The notes below the pieces were generated by a model. That model searched no databases. It was not told where the DNA came from and was given only the letters and a program-made list of their open reading frames with translations. A DNA stretch of 61,997 bases, counting the filler, from Choristocarpus tenellus KU-1152 (lineage: Eukaryota > Protista > Phaeophyceae): the NCBI GenBank assembly GCA_964200185.2. It is 6 parts of 6 records of this genome, joined end to end, with 100 filler letters (N's around TTAATTAATTAA, not from the genome) between each part and the next. Parts side by side here need not be neighbours in the genome. Positions count along the whole stretch, not along the records: positions 21,735 to 44,893 come from CAXNAD020000262.1; 5 more parts are not named here. One strand, written 5' to 3'. How positions within the stretch are numbered: position 1 is the first letter of the stretch; the number at the start of each line of letters is the position of its first letter. Made by a program: the position numbers and the translations under genes. Of this stretch, positions 26,006 through 41,200 are shown in pieces.

Positions 26006-27193
26006 TCAACTGAAGAGGGCCTTGATAACAAAGTTTACGTTGAGCTTCCGAAGGTGTGTGTACTTCTGACCTGTCCCAACAAATACAATGGGCTGCCCGG
26101 TCTTGTAACACATTGACAGTGCAGCACCCACCTTACAGGCAGAAGAAACACAGTGGTTGAGTGACAAGTAAGAACAGGAGAGACAAAGACAGAAGAGGAA
26201 TCTTGAACACACCAACAACGCACTACGAAAATATATAATATTTATTGTTCTTGTTGTGCAATGCTTGATGCCATGCTAACTGAGTCCCATGCATGTGGAG
26301 TGAATGATCTTTGAAGATTGAACAAATTTACAAGCATCATCACCTACACTGCCACGAGGTAATCAGGATCAGTTCAATGGGGTAGGATTTCTTTGGGGTG
26401 GGCTACTGGCTAATCCGGAAAACTCCTAATTCCTGCTCACTGAGAAATTGGAATTTGGTGGCCTGGTGTGAAGTGATAATAGCATTAAAAGTGTCTACTG
26501 CTATGGTGGAAGAATTTTCACAAACACAACCAGTGAGTTTCTTGCTAAACCGAAACCCATTTTGAAACGCTGGTCAGGAGGGCAGGGACGGGATGTTTGA
26601 TAGAGGTACAGATTCAGAAAAAGCAATAGCAAACATTGCACAGAACAAAACTATGATTAAGATACAGTGCCATTGCAGGTTTTATCGAACAATATAAGTT
26701 AACAAAAGGAACAGGAAGGACTAAGAGGTCCAAGGCAAAACTGCAGGGAAGAATGAAAGCAGCTAAAAAGACCTCGACATCACTTTCATCAGCATTTTTC
26801 TATTTGTAATTTCAAACATACAGAATTTTTTGTTCCAACCTGTGCAATAAAATTGATTTAAAATAAACATGTTTGCAGACACCATTACAGCATCCTTATC
26901 ATTATTGTTATTACCCCACCTAGCTAGAAAAAAAAGCGATCATGAGAAATCACTCCCCCCTTCTAGATCATAGAATAATAAAAATATATATGTCATTGTC
27001 CACAGCCACAAGCACCACACGGAAAAGTGACAAGGATAGTGACAAGGAAAGGACAACCTGTTCAAGCAAAAAGAACATCTGGTACATTTTACTTTGGGAA
27101 GAACATAATATCATACATTAATAAAAACTCAAGAAGACAACAGTCAGACACGTACATTGCTTTTCTGCCCGCATTCACAAGTGGCATCACTAG

Positions 27194-27257
<64 letters not shown>

Positions 27258-28696
27258 TTCTGGACTAATAGGTGACTCTGATGACAAGCTTCTTTGACAT
27301 AGTTCTCATGTATCTCAATTGCTGGCGCTGCCATGGATGAACAGGGCTACACATTGAGCACTTCCCTCAATCCAATTTCCTTGTCACGGCATTTAAGCAA
27401 CACCTCAAAACAGGTCATCAATACCCATGGCAATAAGGTTCACAACTCAAGCCTGTTACACACCTGTCTGTGAGGAAGGGATCATGCACCATTATCGTAT
27501 CAAATCACTGTGGGTAAGAAGTGCAACACTCTGTGTGCAACCAGTAGTGACTTCCAGATCTGTGTAACGCAACTCATGGAGGACTAGACTAGGTAGCTCA
27601 GAATGAAATGGATAGGTGACTTGTCAAGGCAGAGTTGGTAACGCCCTCTGCCGATCCCCTTCTTTCCTGTAGGAGTTAACTACTCTAACATGAGTTGGAC
27701 AACTACAGCTTCATTCAACCAATAAGAATAGGGGACAACAAAACAACAGGGACCATTCTCTTGGGCATCAAATAAAGCAATGAAGCTAATGCTATCCATT
27801 GATGCGATGTATGCAAGCACCAAATTTCCTACCTTGGTATCAATGGTGTCGAACTTGGTGAGGACTACTCCGTTGATCTGGTGCAATCGACCGGAGGGGG
27901 AGTTGTTTGCGAGAGCCTATCCAGAATGGGAAAAATGCGAGCATTGGAAGGTAAGGGGTACTGTAGAAGCTTTAGAAAAAGAAAAACAAGGTGCTTGCTA
28001 ACCCTTTACCCGTGAATGATACGGAATACTCTCTTAGGGGGTAGGGGTAGGGACACTATCAAAGCATATTTATAAAAAGCAGTCATTAGAACGCCCTCTT
28101 GAGGTGTGCAGACACAAGGACCAACCACATATGCTTTGGAGAGGAAAATGAATAACCACTGCTCTGCCAAAATATCACTTCAAAATCCTAAACTATGACG
28201 CTTTCATGATCTCTTCCCTTCTCCAGAGTCTACAATAGAATTTTGATGATACTGCCTGCCTGCCTGGCCCCACCCCACCCCAATGCCCCAAACCTCAAAA
28301 ATACAACTACTCACATTTACCCTAACCTCAACCTTCTTAAAGCAGAACAGAGTCAGTCAAAATCTATACCTTACGAAAAGAGTCAATAAGTGTACATTTT
28401 CAATATCATTTTCAAAATCACCTCATTGAACATCTGCAGCTGGTTTATGCCATCATTCCCCACCAGAGCCTCTCCTACAAACAGTGATAGATCAGGTTCA
28501 TTGTCCGAGATAAGCTTGCTCAGGGCACGCATCAAGGGCTCGTTATTCTGCACATGGAAGGGTATGTGTGTGTGTGTGTGTGTGTGTAAGGGGTTGGGAA
28601 AAGGGGCATACACTCAAAAGGGTTGACAAATTAGTTGTGCATTAAAGAGATCACGCACACTGTCTCTATTCAATGCATGTTCTGATTGGTCAAAGC

Positions 28697-28730
<34 letters not shown>

Positions 28731-31700
28731 CAGAAGGAAAAGGTCCAACCTTTCTTCTAACTTGGACAGAAATTGTTTGTGGGTCTACTTGATATGAGGA
28801 AGCTTCTTTCTCACAGAAGAGAAGTCAAGTGCTATCAAAATACAGCACAACTGACTGATTGCGTATGAGAGCACATTATAACCGAACTGAACTAGTGTGT
28901 CAACCACACCGCTTCTATTAATAGCACACTTTCCCTTTCACCCGAGGGGATAGGGTTAGGGTTAGGGTTAGTGATACCGAGGGGAAATGGGTATGCCTGC
29001 CTATATGCCTATAACACCCAAACTCACAGTCTGAACCGCACCACAATATGCTTTGTGACAACCCCCACAGGGGATGGAAAAAAAAATGACAGCCAATGTT
29101 GAAGTCACAATTGACAGCAAGATGGTCCTACAAACAAATAAGCACACACACACACACACACAAATAAAGCAGCCTTGAGGGTATCTGAATGACATGAACA
29201 TAGAAGTTTGCCTGCATTCTCCCTGCAGTATCGATAAGCACGCAGTCATAGCCTTCCTCCTTTGCATGCTTCAGAGCAGCCTTTGCAACAGATGATGAAT
29301 CTTTTGCATACCCTGCCATCCGCCACAAGCAAGAGAACCCCCAGTAGCAACAACAACAATAGCAAGAGAGCAGTGCAGTGCCAGTAGGATGGTATCAACA
29401 AATTTGTACAAAAATGACTAAATTAATTGCATAGGACTAATTTCATCTGAAACAAGATGAAAGGGACGCAGTTGAATTCATGTCCAGAATTATTCTATAA
29501 AATACCTTGAGTCTCCTGGTAAGACCTTCAAATGGTCATGGTCACCATACCAAGCTTTCACCAGTTACACAGACAAGAGGAGAAGGAATAAACCTACACA
29601 CACACACACACAATGATTTACTACATCATTTTCTTCATTGCTGTAGGGACTCTTTGAGGTATCAATCTTAAATCCCCACTAACTATCTTGTCTAGACATC
29701 CTAATGTCAAAGAGTCCCGAATCACTAAAATACCATTGCTCTTCTCCTATCCCTTACCCTAGGACATAATTGAGACACACTCTGCCTTAACCTAAAGCCT
29801 AAATATCTATGCACAAACTCTACCACTGTCTTAGCCAATACTCTCAGCCCCTTACTGCAACCCTAAGCACATCTCCTACTAAAACCTTCACCCAACCACA
29901 GACCCCCCCCCCCCCAACCCCACTCACTCAGTCCCTTCCCCACTATAAGCCTCAACATCTACTCAAACCTCAGTAAAGTATTGTATGTGTGTACACAACC
30001 AAAGAACATTGTTTCTCGTAACTGCTGGAAATGTCGCTAGAGCTCCCCTTTGTAGTTGTTGTTGTCCCCCCCGCCCATTTCGCTGACATCTGTGTATTTC
30101 TACACGCATACACATTTTTTTTTTTTACAAAAAACGGTATGTGATTGTGAGTGAGATCACCTCAACAACACCACCAAATAATTTCGATCCCCTCTCACGC
30201 AACTGTGGGTTAACAGAAAAATTTCACCTATGTGTGTGGTGCTCCGCTTCAAACACAACACAACACAACACAACCCTTGGAAGGCGTGACCAATACGAAA
30301 GATAAAAAAATATATTTGTGAAATTGTCCTCTGCCACTCTCTGTTTGTAAATCCCTCCACACACCACAGTGTCATTTGTCTCATCTCTCACTCAAACACA
30401 CACTACACAATCAAATCGCAATACTTCAAAGCAATAAATAAACAATATATATATATATGCAGAAAAAAATATAATACAATTATACCAGCGCTCACCCTTC
30501 TCAAACAGTGGCACATCCAAACAGCGAGAGTGCACCAAGAGCTGCTCTACAGCACCTGACCTGAAGGTGTCACATGCAGCAATCAGTACCTGGTTGTTAC
30601 AGTGGGGATCGATCAGTGGCACAGTGTCACTATGGTAAAAAAAGCAATATCCAGGGTCAGGATTGGGGGTAGGGATATTACTACCGGGTTGATTCGGTGG
30701 AAAAAGCAATCGAGGCATGTGTTCTAGTATTCTGGTATGACATAGAGGACGGTTATGAAGGTGAAGGTGACTTCGGAAAAGGAAATATATATATATACAC
30801 AAAGAAAGGATAATGTGTTCGTTTGCTTTGGGTTAGGGTCTACTAAACAACATACTTAGGCTCTGCATGCTGCGTCTTGAAAACTTTTTTTTAGGATGTT
30901 TTAAGGATCACATAGGTCTGTAGTTGTACCCTTCCCAAATTCATCAGAGAATAATATGTTTTAAAAAGATCACATCCTCAAAATATAAAAACCTTGAACC
31001 ATTAAAAAAAGAGCGTTAATAAAGGAATAATTCATGCATGAAGAATGACAAAACAAGCTACACTAGCAGTACGTACATAAAATAATAATGTTAGTATCAA
31101 AAATAATCAATGAAGATCTTTCTTGTTCTTCCTCATATTTGTGATCGATAAGAAAGTTTTAAATGACAAATTGCACAATTTTTACACATTTTCTAACTTT
31201 AAAACACTACTTACCACCACTCCATAAACAGACAACTATCACCTTGATCCCATTCTGCTTGAGGTAGTAGGCCACCTTGGCAAGTGAAGTCGACTTGCCT
31301 ACTCCATTGATACCCACAAATACCATGGAGTACACCTGCCCCTTGTTCTTTGAAGTCATCACCTGCACAAAGTAGCACAAAATACACATAAAAACATACA
31401 CACATACACACAACAAACATAAACATACATGAATGCAAAGCACAAAGAAAAAATACAACAATGTCCACAGATGCACAGTGCATACAGACATATGCAGCAC
31501 TACTGGCCCACCAAAGAACAAAACACTATAATAATAATATAATACTTACAATACCTTTTCCAAATATCTGCATTAACTGTATACTATGGGTGCATATATT
31601 ATCACATGAAATAATAATAATAAACAAACAACCATCACAAGAAAAATAAATTAAATGTACACTACAGCACTGTCACGTACCTTTCAAAAATATCTTTAAT

Positions 31701-34700
31701 TCTTTTTTTCAAGTGCTCTAACCACACCCGCAACATGCCACCAGGTACTCTCCAATCACTACACTATACACACTACACCACAACAACCAAGACAACGACT
31801 CAAACCTTTTATTTCACTTAAGAATGAAAAGTCACTCTTGACACCTATTACTAGCTCACCTCCCTGAGTACATCTGTTGATTTCTTTGGAGTAAGCACTC
31901 GGGAGATAGCCTCCTTGAGGGCTGACTGAACCAGAGTGCTCACCCTGTACAGATAACCAACACCCAGTACCCAACACACAGCCAAGAAAGAACCAGTTTT
32001 GATACAGATTATATACAGTACAGCCAACGTGCACAGTAACCAACATTTAACCTATGAAGTACGTCATCATTGAAACCCCCCCAACTATTGACCTCAACAC
32101 TATTGCAAATATTGCAATAGTGTACGCAAGTGCGCATTGTTGTCACGTGTACATATCTTTTCTTAGGGTATTTCCAAACGCCTCTCTACTGTACCAATTG
32201 TTGTGAGCATTGAACTTGTCTGAACAAAGTAGTGGAGTTTCTTTTCCGCGTGCTTTTCTCACATTTTCCCACACACCAACACCACCAGAGATTAAAAAAA
32301 TTCTTGTTAAAAAAAAAATATGTATTTCTTTATTTTTGGTTGTGCTGATGTAGGATGTGAAGCACCTGGTGAACGATTTCTGCTTCTGATTGGTGAGGTT
32401 TGCTTGCACGGAGGCAGTAATCTCATCAGCCACCTCTGCGGCAACGTTTCTGGTCATCAACTGAGTCCGCATGCGGGTCATGACTGGGGTGAGGTCATCC
32501 TCCCCTAGGACCTGCCATAAAGAGTTAAATAACAAGATAACATCATACACGAAAATATCTATGAAAAAAAAAGGATAATAAAAAATAAAAAGATCATTTC
32601 AGGGTAAAGTTTCCACGACAATCATAAAAGTGATGCATGGTTTGAAGTGAGCTTCTCATACAAGCAACTCTCTACTTCTGCTTTTCTATGCAATGATAAC
32701 AATACCATAGGTAATGCTGCAGGTGAGATAGAGGAATGATAATGGAGCATACTGAGTGATCTGTGGTGAAACAAAGAAGAGTGTCAGAGTGTTGTTCATA
32801 CTGCTCCAAAAAAAGGAAGAGGGGGAGGGGGAGGGGTTTTCATTCAGGCGTGGACTTCAAAGTCATTAATGGGACTTTTTCATCACTATGCTAAAATATC
32901 CACATCTTGCTACATTTTTTTTTTGAGTTAAAATGTATTGTTGGTTAATACCCTGTCAACATGAGCGCCTACATGAGAAGAAAGTACTATGACAAAAAAA
33001 GGAGTAACTGTCTTTTGACAGGACAATGCAACAGAAACCCAATTCTTTACCATTTCAAATCCAAGACAACCAACAGAAACTACCCAGTGCAGTGTAACTA
33101 ACTCCTGCATACAATAAATTATCAACCTGACGAGCTGCAACTTATTTTATTTTATTTTTCTACAACCTGTACCTTTTATAGTCAACTATAAAAAAATGAA
33201 CCGTTACCACTACTCCTACTCCTATTTTATCTCAACGGTTTGGATCTTTGCACACACCCAACCCTAACCCTAACCCTTAGAGTGAGTGAGAGCAACAGGA
33301 TGTGTGCAGGCTAGGTTGTGATACCCAGGTCTAGGACAGGTATTGTTGAGAAAACGGTATATATAGATTCAAACCTCACACGAGAAAGATTCGCATCAAC
33401 AAAAAAAAGAAGAGAAACATGGAACAGAAAAGACACACGAGCAGGAATAACAGAAGACACGATCCAACAAAGGAGGAGAGGACCTCAGACAGACAATGCT
33501 CTCTTGAAATGACCTTGGACAAAGATTTGGACAAAGATTTGAAGGAGATTTTGCACACATGCAAATCATCAAATCATCTGGAGGTTCAATTACAGATGAT
33601 CACTGAGTGGAATCAACACTTGGCCGACCGGAAAGACCCTTGGCAAGATTCTCAGGGGCGTGAACATCAGACCCAATCTCCACAATCACCTCAACATAAC
33701 TTCTAGGCCGTACTTTTATTACTACTTGGAATTAGAGCACAAACATCTATACACATACAATTACCACTAATAAATCATTATTCTACAACAAGACCAGATC
33801 AGTCTTCCAACAGATGCCCCTAACCCCCCAACCCCCCCCTCCAAAGATGATATTGTAATGATAAAAATAATGATTTAAATGGGACAGAGCGGTCAACATC
33901 ATCATTTTATCACACATTGTGCTACACAGGTGTGTAGCACTGGGCCAACCTTGTTCCCTGTCAACCCATGAAGAAGACTTCCTAGAGAAGTCTTCTTAAA
34001 TACAGCCCCCCACGACGCTGCTGCAGCTCCTCCTTCTCCCCCCCCCCCTACTTCTTCCACTCCATCTAGGTCAAAGAGGTCCTTGTCATCAATGTCTGAG
34101 TCTGACTCCTCCCACTCTGCTCCCTGTCAACAGTGTCAACAACAGGGGCAATTTCGTTTCCGATTCATATGAAGAGTTGAAAATGAGAGGGGGGTTGGGG
34201 GGGATGACGGTTTGGTGTTGACAGTACTCCTTCATCTTGGTATTATATGTTCTGAGATTAAATTTAATGTAAAAAGAAGTGAAATAAAATTTGATGATGA
34301 CGGATCACTGGGAAGGGGTTTAGTGCATGCAGTACATACACACACAGTTTCAAGCCAATTCAATCGAACCAACCGAGACAATGATCCATCCGAACACCTT
34401 GTCTTAACCTCAGTAGTGGGTTAAGACAAAACCAGATAAGCCAACTATTACTATACAAAAACCCGCCTAGCTAGCACGAGGTGCTACATAGCCACCACCA
34501 TGCAGGAACAAGATGCGAAAGACAAGCCTGCCACCAAACCTACTTATCACAAGGTACTCCATAGCACTACAGAATGATATCAAGTGCCCTGCAGCGATTA
34601 AGATATGCAAAAGAAAAAACCTCCACTGCCAACACACAGACCGTATAATGAACACCCAGAACAGCAACACACTAAAGAGAGCAAAAAATCAACAGCAATC

Positions 34701-37700
34701 AACAATACAAGGGGAACAGCAGTCATGCATGCAAAGCACCTCTCCATCTCCAGGGAGGTAAGTACTGCGCATTTCCTCCATCAATGCACTCTCGTGATCC
34801 ACCTCCTCACTTTTCTGTGCAGCAAGGGTTAGGGTTAGGGTTAGGGTTAGTGTTAGTGTTAGTGTTAGGGTATTTTTTTTTGAAGTACAGTAGAAGTGAA
34901 AAAAACTCAGGGAAATGTATTATTTTTGTAGCAGGCAGATGGCACTGGGAAAGTGGAGGATAATCATGACGGAAAAGGGAAGCTAACCCTATTGAACCTA
35001 CACAATACAGTTCATTTGGTAGTACTATGGCAGGCGTTGTGCTGTAACATCAAAAAGGGGACACGAGGTATGTATACACAAGGAGAGGATGGGGGTTGAG
35101 AACCAGAGTGCAGATACCAAGAGACACACACAATCTTTAGTTTGGTTGTTTGGTACATTCAAAATATGCAGGGATAGGCTACTCTTCCGCTTTGAAGAGA
35201 GCAGTGCTCACCATACAACGAGATGGACCACAAATATACACACATCCCCAACTCCTTGACTCAAGTCACAGGTAGAGACACCTAACAACACACACTATAG
35301 ACCATTTTCAGAACAACACAAGAGACAAAATAAATAGAAAAAACTTCTCTACAGTAGTAGCACAGTACTAATACCGACACATTAATACATCTCTTTTTAT
35401 TTTTTATTTTTTAATCACCGTCTCTATTTTGAAGTCACGCGCAGTCCAACCCTGAAACCCCAACCCCCAAATTATACACCACTGAAACTTTCTCGTTTGA
35501 ATACTCTTGTTAGAAGTTAGAATATAGTTAGAATACGTTTGAATACGTTTGAATACGCTTCACTTCAGTCAGCCCCACATGAGGTTTGTATTGGCTCACG
35601 TGTCCGGCACTTCACAATCCTTTTTGAGTCTTGAGGGAAGATACCCAACTACCAATCTGGGTGGTGGTTCAGATTTGAATACCCAGGTTGGAACCGGAAC
35701 TGGGACTCGAACTGGTCACACGGTGTTGTTCCAAGTCGAAAAAAAACAACTGGTTCCCTCGTAAGATAGTGCACTTCCATCCATATGACAAGAAAGGGTA
35801 CACAATACATACATCGACAATACAAAGTCCCACTAACTGTTCCAACACATCTCGATCAAAATGATCACAACTGAAACGCCCTGAAACAAAGTGAGTAAGA
35901 GAGGCATCTACATGAAGAGGCATCTACATGAACCATGTCCATTCGCTTGCCAATCACCACTACACAAGTCACTTGCCTTCACTGGTGGGGGCAATCCTCA
36001 AAGATACCTTTTTTACTAAAATAGTAGAGCCTCCTTCCCCCCTTCCCCATTGGGCAACATTTCCTGGCCTGATAACTTTTTTGAAGATCGAAAAGGTCTC
36101 CGTTCTTAAAAGATGGTATGGTCTGTGTTTGTCATGACCTCACACTCACCTTGGAGCGGTCCAGTAAGGCCTTCTGCTTGTCACTAAGCTTAGTCCCCTT
36201 TGAAAGTTGGTCATCCCACACTGTAGCCTTCTTGCCTTTCTTCTTCACACCTTCCCCTGCAGCAGCTGCTGCTGCTTCTTCCTCCTTGAGTCAGCAGAGT
36301 GTGGATTATGGATTATGGATGTCAGATGATGGATTAGGGGCGGGGCATTTGATATACACTAGGTATATAATACATAATACAATACTACAGTATGAAACAA
36401 CAAAAGATGATTGCACAAATAATACATATAGAGATGTACGAATGGTGAGCACACTTCATGATGCAGGCAACACAATATGTAAATTATTTTTGTTGAGAGC
36501 AAAGAACGAACTAAGTGCCAAACGATCTTGGAATCAGAAGACATGAAACAAGGACCATGTTGACGATCTCCACTGGAGGATTTCAAATTCGACCTTCAAA
36601 AATCTCCACAAATATAAAAATGAGAAATTTTGAGATAAAAATTGTCCACAAAATTCTATCACACACTGATTGGACGTGACAGTGCTACACTACATGCCCA
36701 CAGAAACAAGGATGCATATGTCACACCACCATCGACCTCCTGAGTGCCTAGAGGTCTAGCTGCCATTGAGATCGGACGCTTCAGACATCAATTTCTTGAA
36801 AAAACAAGGGAGATGGAAAGATCAGCGCTTGTATTTAACTGTATCCATCTCTCCCAAACCGACCTCGAGCAAAAGGAGATTGGTGGTCTTATTTCCTTTA
36901 CTATAACCTAACAAAATGACAAGACCTTCCACAGATTGGGCTGTCATCAAGCCTTGTTTTCAATAAGACCCAGGTTTGCAATGGAGTAGAATCAAATGGT
37001 TACGTGGGTCAATCAGTATGGTGGTAAAACACAATACTACAATACAGCCAGATTTTATGGTGGTATATGACAGTATGGTAATGCCATCATAACAACAGCC
37101 AGTTTCTGACATAGCCTCACTGATGCATCACCCTTAAATTTTTATTACTTTCATGCCCTGAACAATAATGGCACATTCCCTCTATTTCCTCTGGAACAAA
37201 CAAATAGAAAGCTCCATTGCCGGAGCAGTAGCACATACATCTTCCAACACATTCTGATGTGTACGACAGGAAAAATGTAACAAAAAGTTAAAAGAACATA
37301 GCAAACGGCGCTGTTCTTTCAACTTTCATATGTACAGGTATAGGGAATACCTCAAAACGGAGTTTTTGTTGGTGGGAGGCTGACTGGTCGGTAGCTAGCA
37401 TTGTTATCTTGCATCACATCGGGTGAAGGTGAACCGTACCACATACTAACAAAAAAACGTAAATAGAGCCATTTTTTGGAAAAAGGGGGGGGGGGCAGTA
37501 TGACATAGTCACAGATGCCCAACGCTTCGTATCTAGCCATAGGTGCCATTATTATTCATTGTGCTTACACTATATTATTATTGCTAATATTAATACAAAA
37601 ATTATGGTCGTGGCCTGCGTGTGGGAATGATTGCCTACTCGAGGAACAACAGTGAGGCAAGACACTCGAGGATAGAGTGTGTGTGACCTGCATCTCACTG

Positions 37701-38178
37701 CCAATGGCATTGATGCTCTACTGCTCTTAAGGAACACCCTGTGGCTCTCTACAGCACAAGGGTTGACTGCCTTGCAGCTGAAACTGAAACTCCCCAGGTG
37801 TACAACTACTGGACCAAAAAAATGGGACACCTGGTCTCACTACTACTAGAGGAATACAGTGAAGACTAACGTTCTCAGAACACACCACATGCAAGATAGA
37901 AGTGAGCACACACGTGAGACTGAAGATTAAGTAATTAACAAGCATTAAAACTATAGTAGTAGTATCGTAGAAAGCAGATAGAGCCGGTGTGCAATGACCA
38001 CATCAGAGAGGCATGGAGTTGGATTAGAAAGATGATACAGGGGAGAGTTTCTTACGGCGACGAGCTATCTTACAGTCAGTAAGAGCCGGCCCGCTCGGTG
38101 GGATTTCGGCTTTGCTAAAAATTAATAGCAAACTTGCTTACCCTCACCCCACCTTGAAAAGCTGATGACTCTTATTCT

Positions 38179-38214
<36 letters not shown>

Positions 38215-41200
38215 CCAATGAGAATGACTCTGTTTTTCACAGTAGACATGTAAGAATGACATGTAAGCAGTAGCTGCAGTCCCGAGAAGATCAATAACAC
38301 AGAAAAAACCCCAAAAGGTATTGCAATCCGAGACAGACATAAACGTCTAGTTTATCATCAACAACGGAGCTGTTACAGAGGCAAGAATAAGACTATATTT
38401 ATGTTTAATACCCATGTTTCAACATTTTTTTTGCATATGACTCACTCGCTCACGCCTGCACAATTGGCAACAATCTCACAGAACCATCAAACCTCAATCC
38501 CCAGAAAAAGAATCCCTCATGCACCCCCCACGAAACACACACCACCTTAACCCTAACACTCACATTTCCTTGTCCCCCACCCCCCCTAGAAACACCTCTG
38601 CCCCCTCTCCGCCCTGTCGCTCTGGCCTTTAACTTGGCCCTTGCCTCTGCAAGCTCTCTATCATTGAGGCTATCCTCCCCCCCGCTCTCCCCTTCTGTCC
38701 CTTTAGTGGAATGCTTTGGTTTTGTTTGGTCCCATCTCCCAGATCCAATCGTTGCTGCAGCAGCCAAGTCGACTGCTATGTCCCCTTTGGCGACAACAGT
38801 GCCCTTGGTTTGGTTTTGGTGTTGCCCCTGTTGTGTATTAATGCAAAACAATACATTATTTTATTTCAGTGTTTATTATTATTATTATTGAAATAGTATC
38901 TCTTCTCTTACCGGCTACTGAAGGGCTACTGTTTTGTTTTTGTAACACATGTACCTATACTATAATAAATTGTACTCTGCCACTGTTTATGATACATAGT
39001 GTGGCACGACACAGCGAGTTCAATAAAAAAATAATATACACGAGTATAGAGTAATAAAAAAGAAATATGATTATAATGCTTCTCTGCACTCTACATTTCG
39101 TTCGTCAAACTCAGCAAAGGTGGGCATAGCCTCAACCATATACACATCTTTTTATCCCAAGGGTGATATACATATTAGCCAATCACCTAAATTTTGAATT
39201 GGATTAAGTGCAGGTCGCCTCCACAGGTATGGAACTGTAAGGGCAGACGGATGAGTGATGAAAAAAGCATATTGCGCTTCTGACAGGGAGGAGTGATCAC
39301 ACAATACTTGCAATACTTGTTTCATACATCTCTTGAAAAAAAGAAGTGTTGATGGACTCTTTGACGGGTCTGTTCTTCTTTTCATTAGTATACTTACATC
39401 AAGTCATTAGTATACTTACATCAAGTCATTAGTATACTTACATCAAGTCATTAGTATACTTACATCAAGTCATTAGTATACTTACATCAAGTCATTAGTA
39501 TACTTACATCAAGTCATTCCCGTAGATACTGTGCAATTCTCAGGCATTGGTATTTCTTACCCAGGAGGGAATAATTCAAATTTATTAGTACCACTAATAC
39601 CATGTTAAAAGCCAATGACGCACATTGACGCATTTGGTGAGGTGGGTGAAAAATAACATCAGTAACGAACAACAGAAATCTATACACTAAATACACAATC
39701 CAGAACAACGCCATGAAGGCGTGTTTGAGCACACTTTCTTGTGTGCATGGTCAGTGCGAGAAATATGGAAGTATCATCCTCACCTCATCCTTTGAATCAA
39801 ACCTCACCTTGTTGGACATAGACACCTTTCGGCCTTGAACTCCACTCTCGGCCTCTTTGAGCAACTTGTCGAAGACCACACCGTACTCCACTGGTGCTGC
39901 AGCTGGGCCTTGCAACAGAGACCCATAGCGGTGAGTGATATCCTTCGGAGGGTGTGTGTGTGAGTGCTACAATGATTAAGTATTCAAGGGTATGAAACAA
40001 ACTAGTATATTCAGAAGGAATGCTTAGCACTGAAGGTGAAGGAGCGTATATATATATATATATTTCTCACTTCCTGGAGGGTAATGCTGTTACTGTGAAG
40101 TTTATGTTCTAAAACCTTGATGCTGTTTTGTTGATGGAGTGTGGGCAAAGAGCTCTTGTAATCAGTAGTATCCATGCGAGGTTGCAATACACTTTGGTGA
40201 TAACAATCCTTCCCCTCAAAAGGAAGTACAGTAGTAGTGGAAGTGTCAGGAACAGCTTTCTGTCGAGAGTGTTTAACACTGGCTTGCTGCGTATTAAGAA
40301 CAGAAAAGTACCAATTGCTAAGATGACGTGTATTTACTTGAAATATGGTCATCAACTCCAGAACTTCCTTCAAGAACAAGGGCAACCTTTTGTCCTAAAC
40401 TCATTTCATAAAATAAATATATTCCCTTAAAAAATTGTAGGCTTGAAACATGCTTGAATCAAGAGATTCGACATGTCCCTACACCCCTCTTTGTGACGCC
40501 CCTTACACTAATTTCAGCCCCGGCACTGGTCTGTTGTAACTTTCCCTTGAACATCGTTAGCATACCTGTTAATGAGTGTGAAAATCAAATCATATATAAA
40601 CCAACAAGAGTGATGAAAAAAAAATACCAAGGCACACAATCGAGTGAGACCCTGGAACCTATTTTGCATGTCACAGGAGGCAATCCCTTGAAATGCACAC
40701 ACTGCTCTGCTGTAAGCTTTCCTCAAATTCAACATCCTATAATTAAATATAGCACCCCTTACCTTCTTCACTCGCTCTACTAGGTCCTCAACATAGTGCA
40801 ACTGTAGACTCTTCTGGTACAGGGCAACCACCACCACGCCCAACTCATTTGCCAGGGACCACCTTCACATTGACGGGGCATGGGTAATGGTCCAATAGAG
40901 GGTTCAGTTCGCTTTTTATTCAAAAGTGGTAGAGCACCACCTGGGAGAGCTCTTAAACACGAAAAAACGAATGTGTGGTAGGTGATAAAAATGATACTGG
41001 ATCAGATTACTCTCCATCTACTACCTATAATGCCTCGTCTCGAACTTCACAGTTTGAAGAGCACAGCACTCGATTCTCAGTTGAAGTTAGACACAGGTAT
41101 GAAAGAGACTTATACAGTGTTAGCAAGGGAAAGCGGGACGTGTCGCTATGTATTGAACAATCCATGCCCTACACAAAAGTAGATCATGGATGAAACATGG

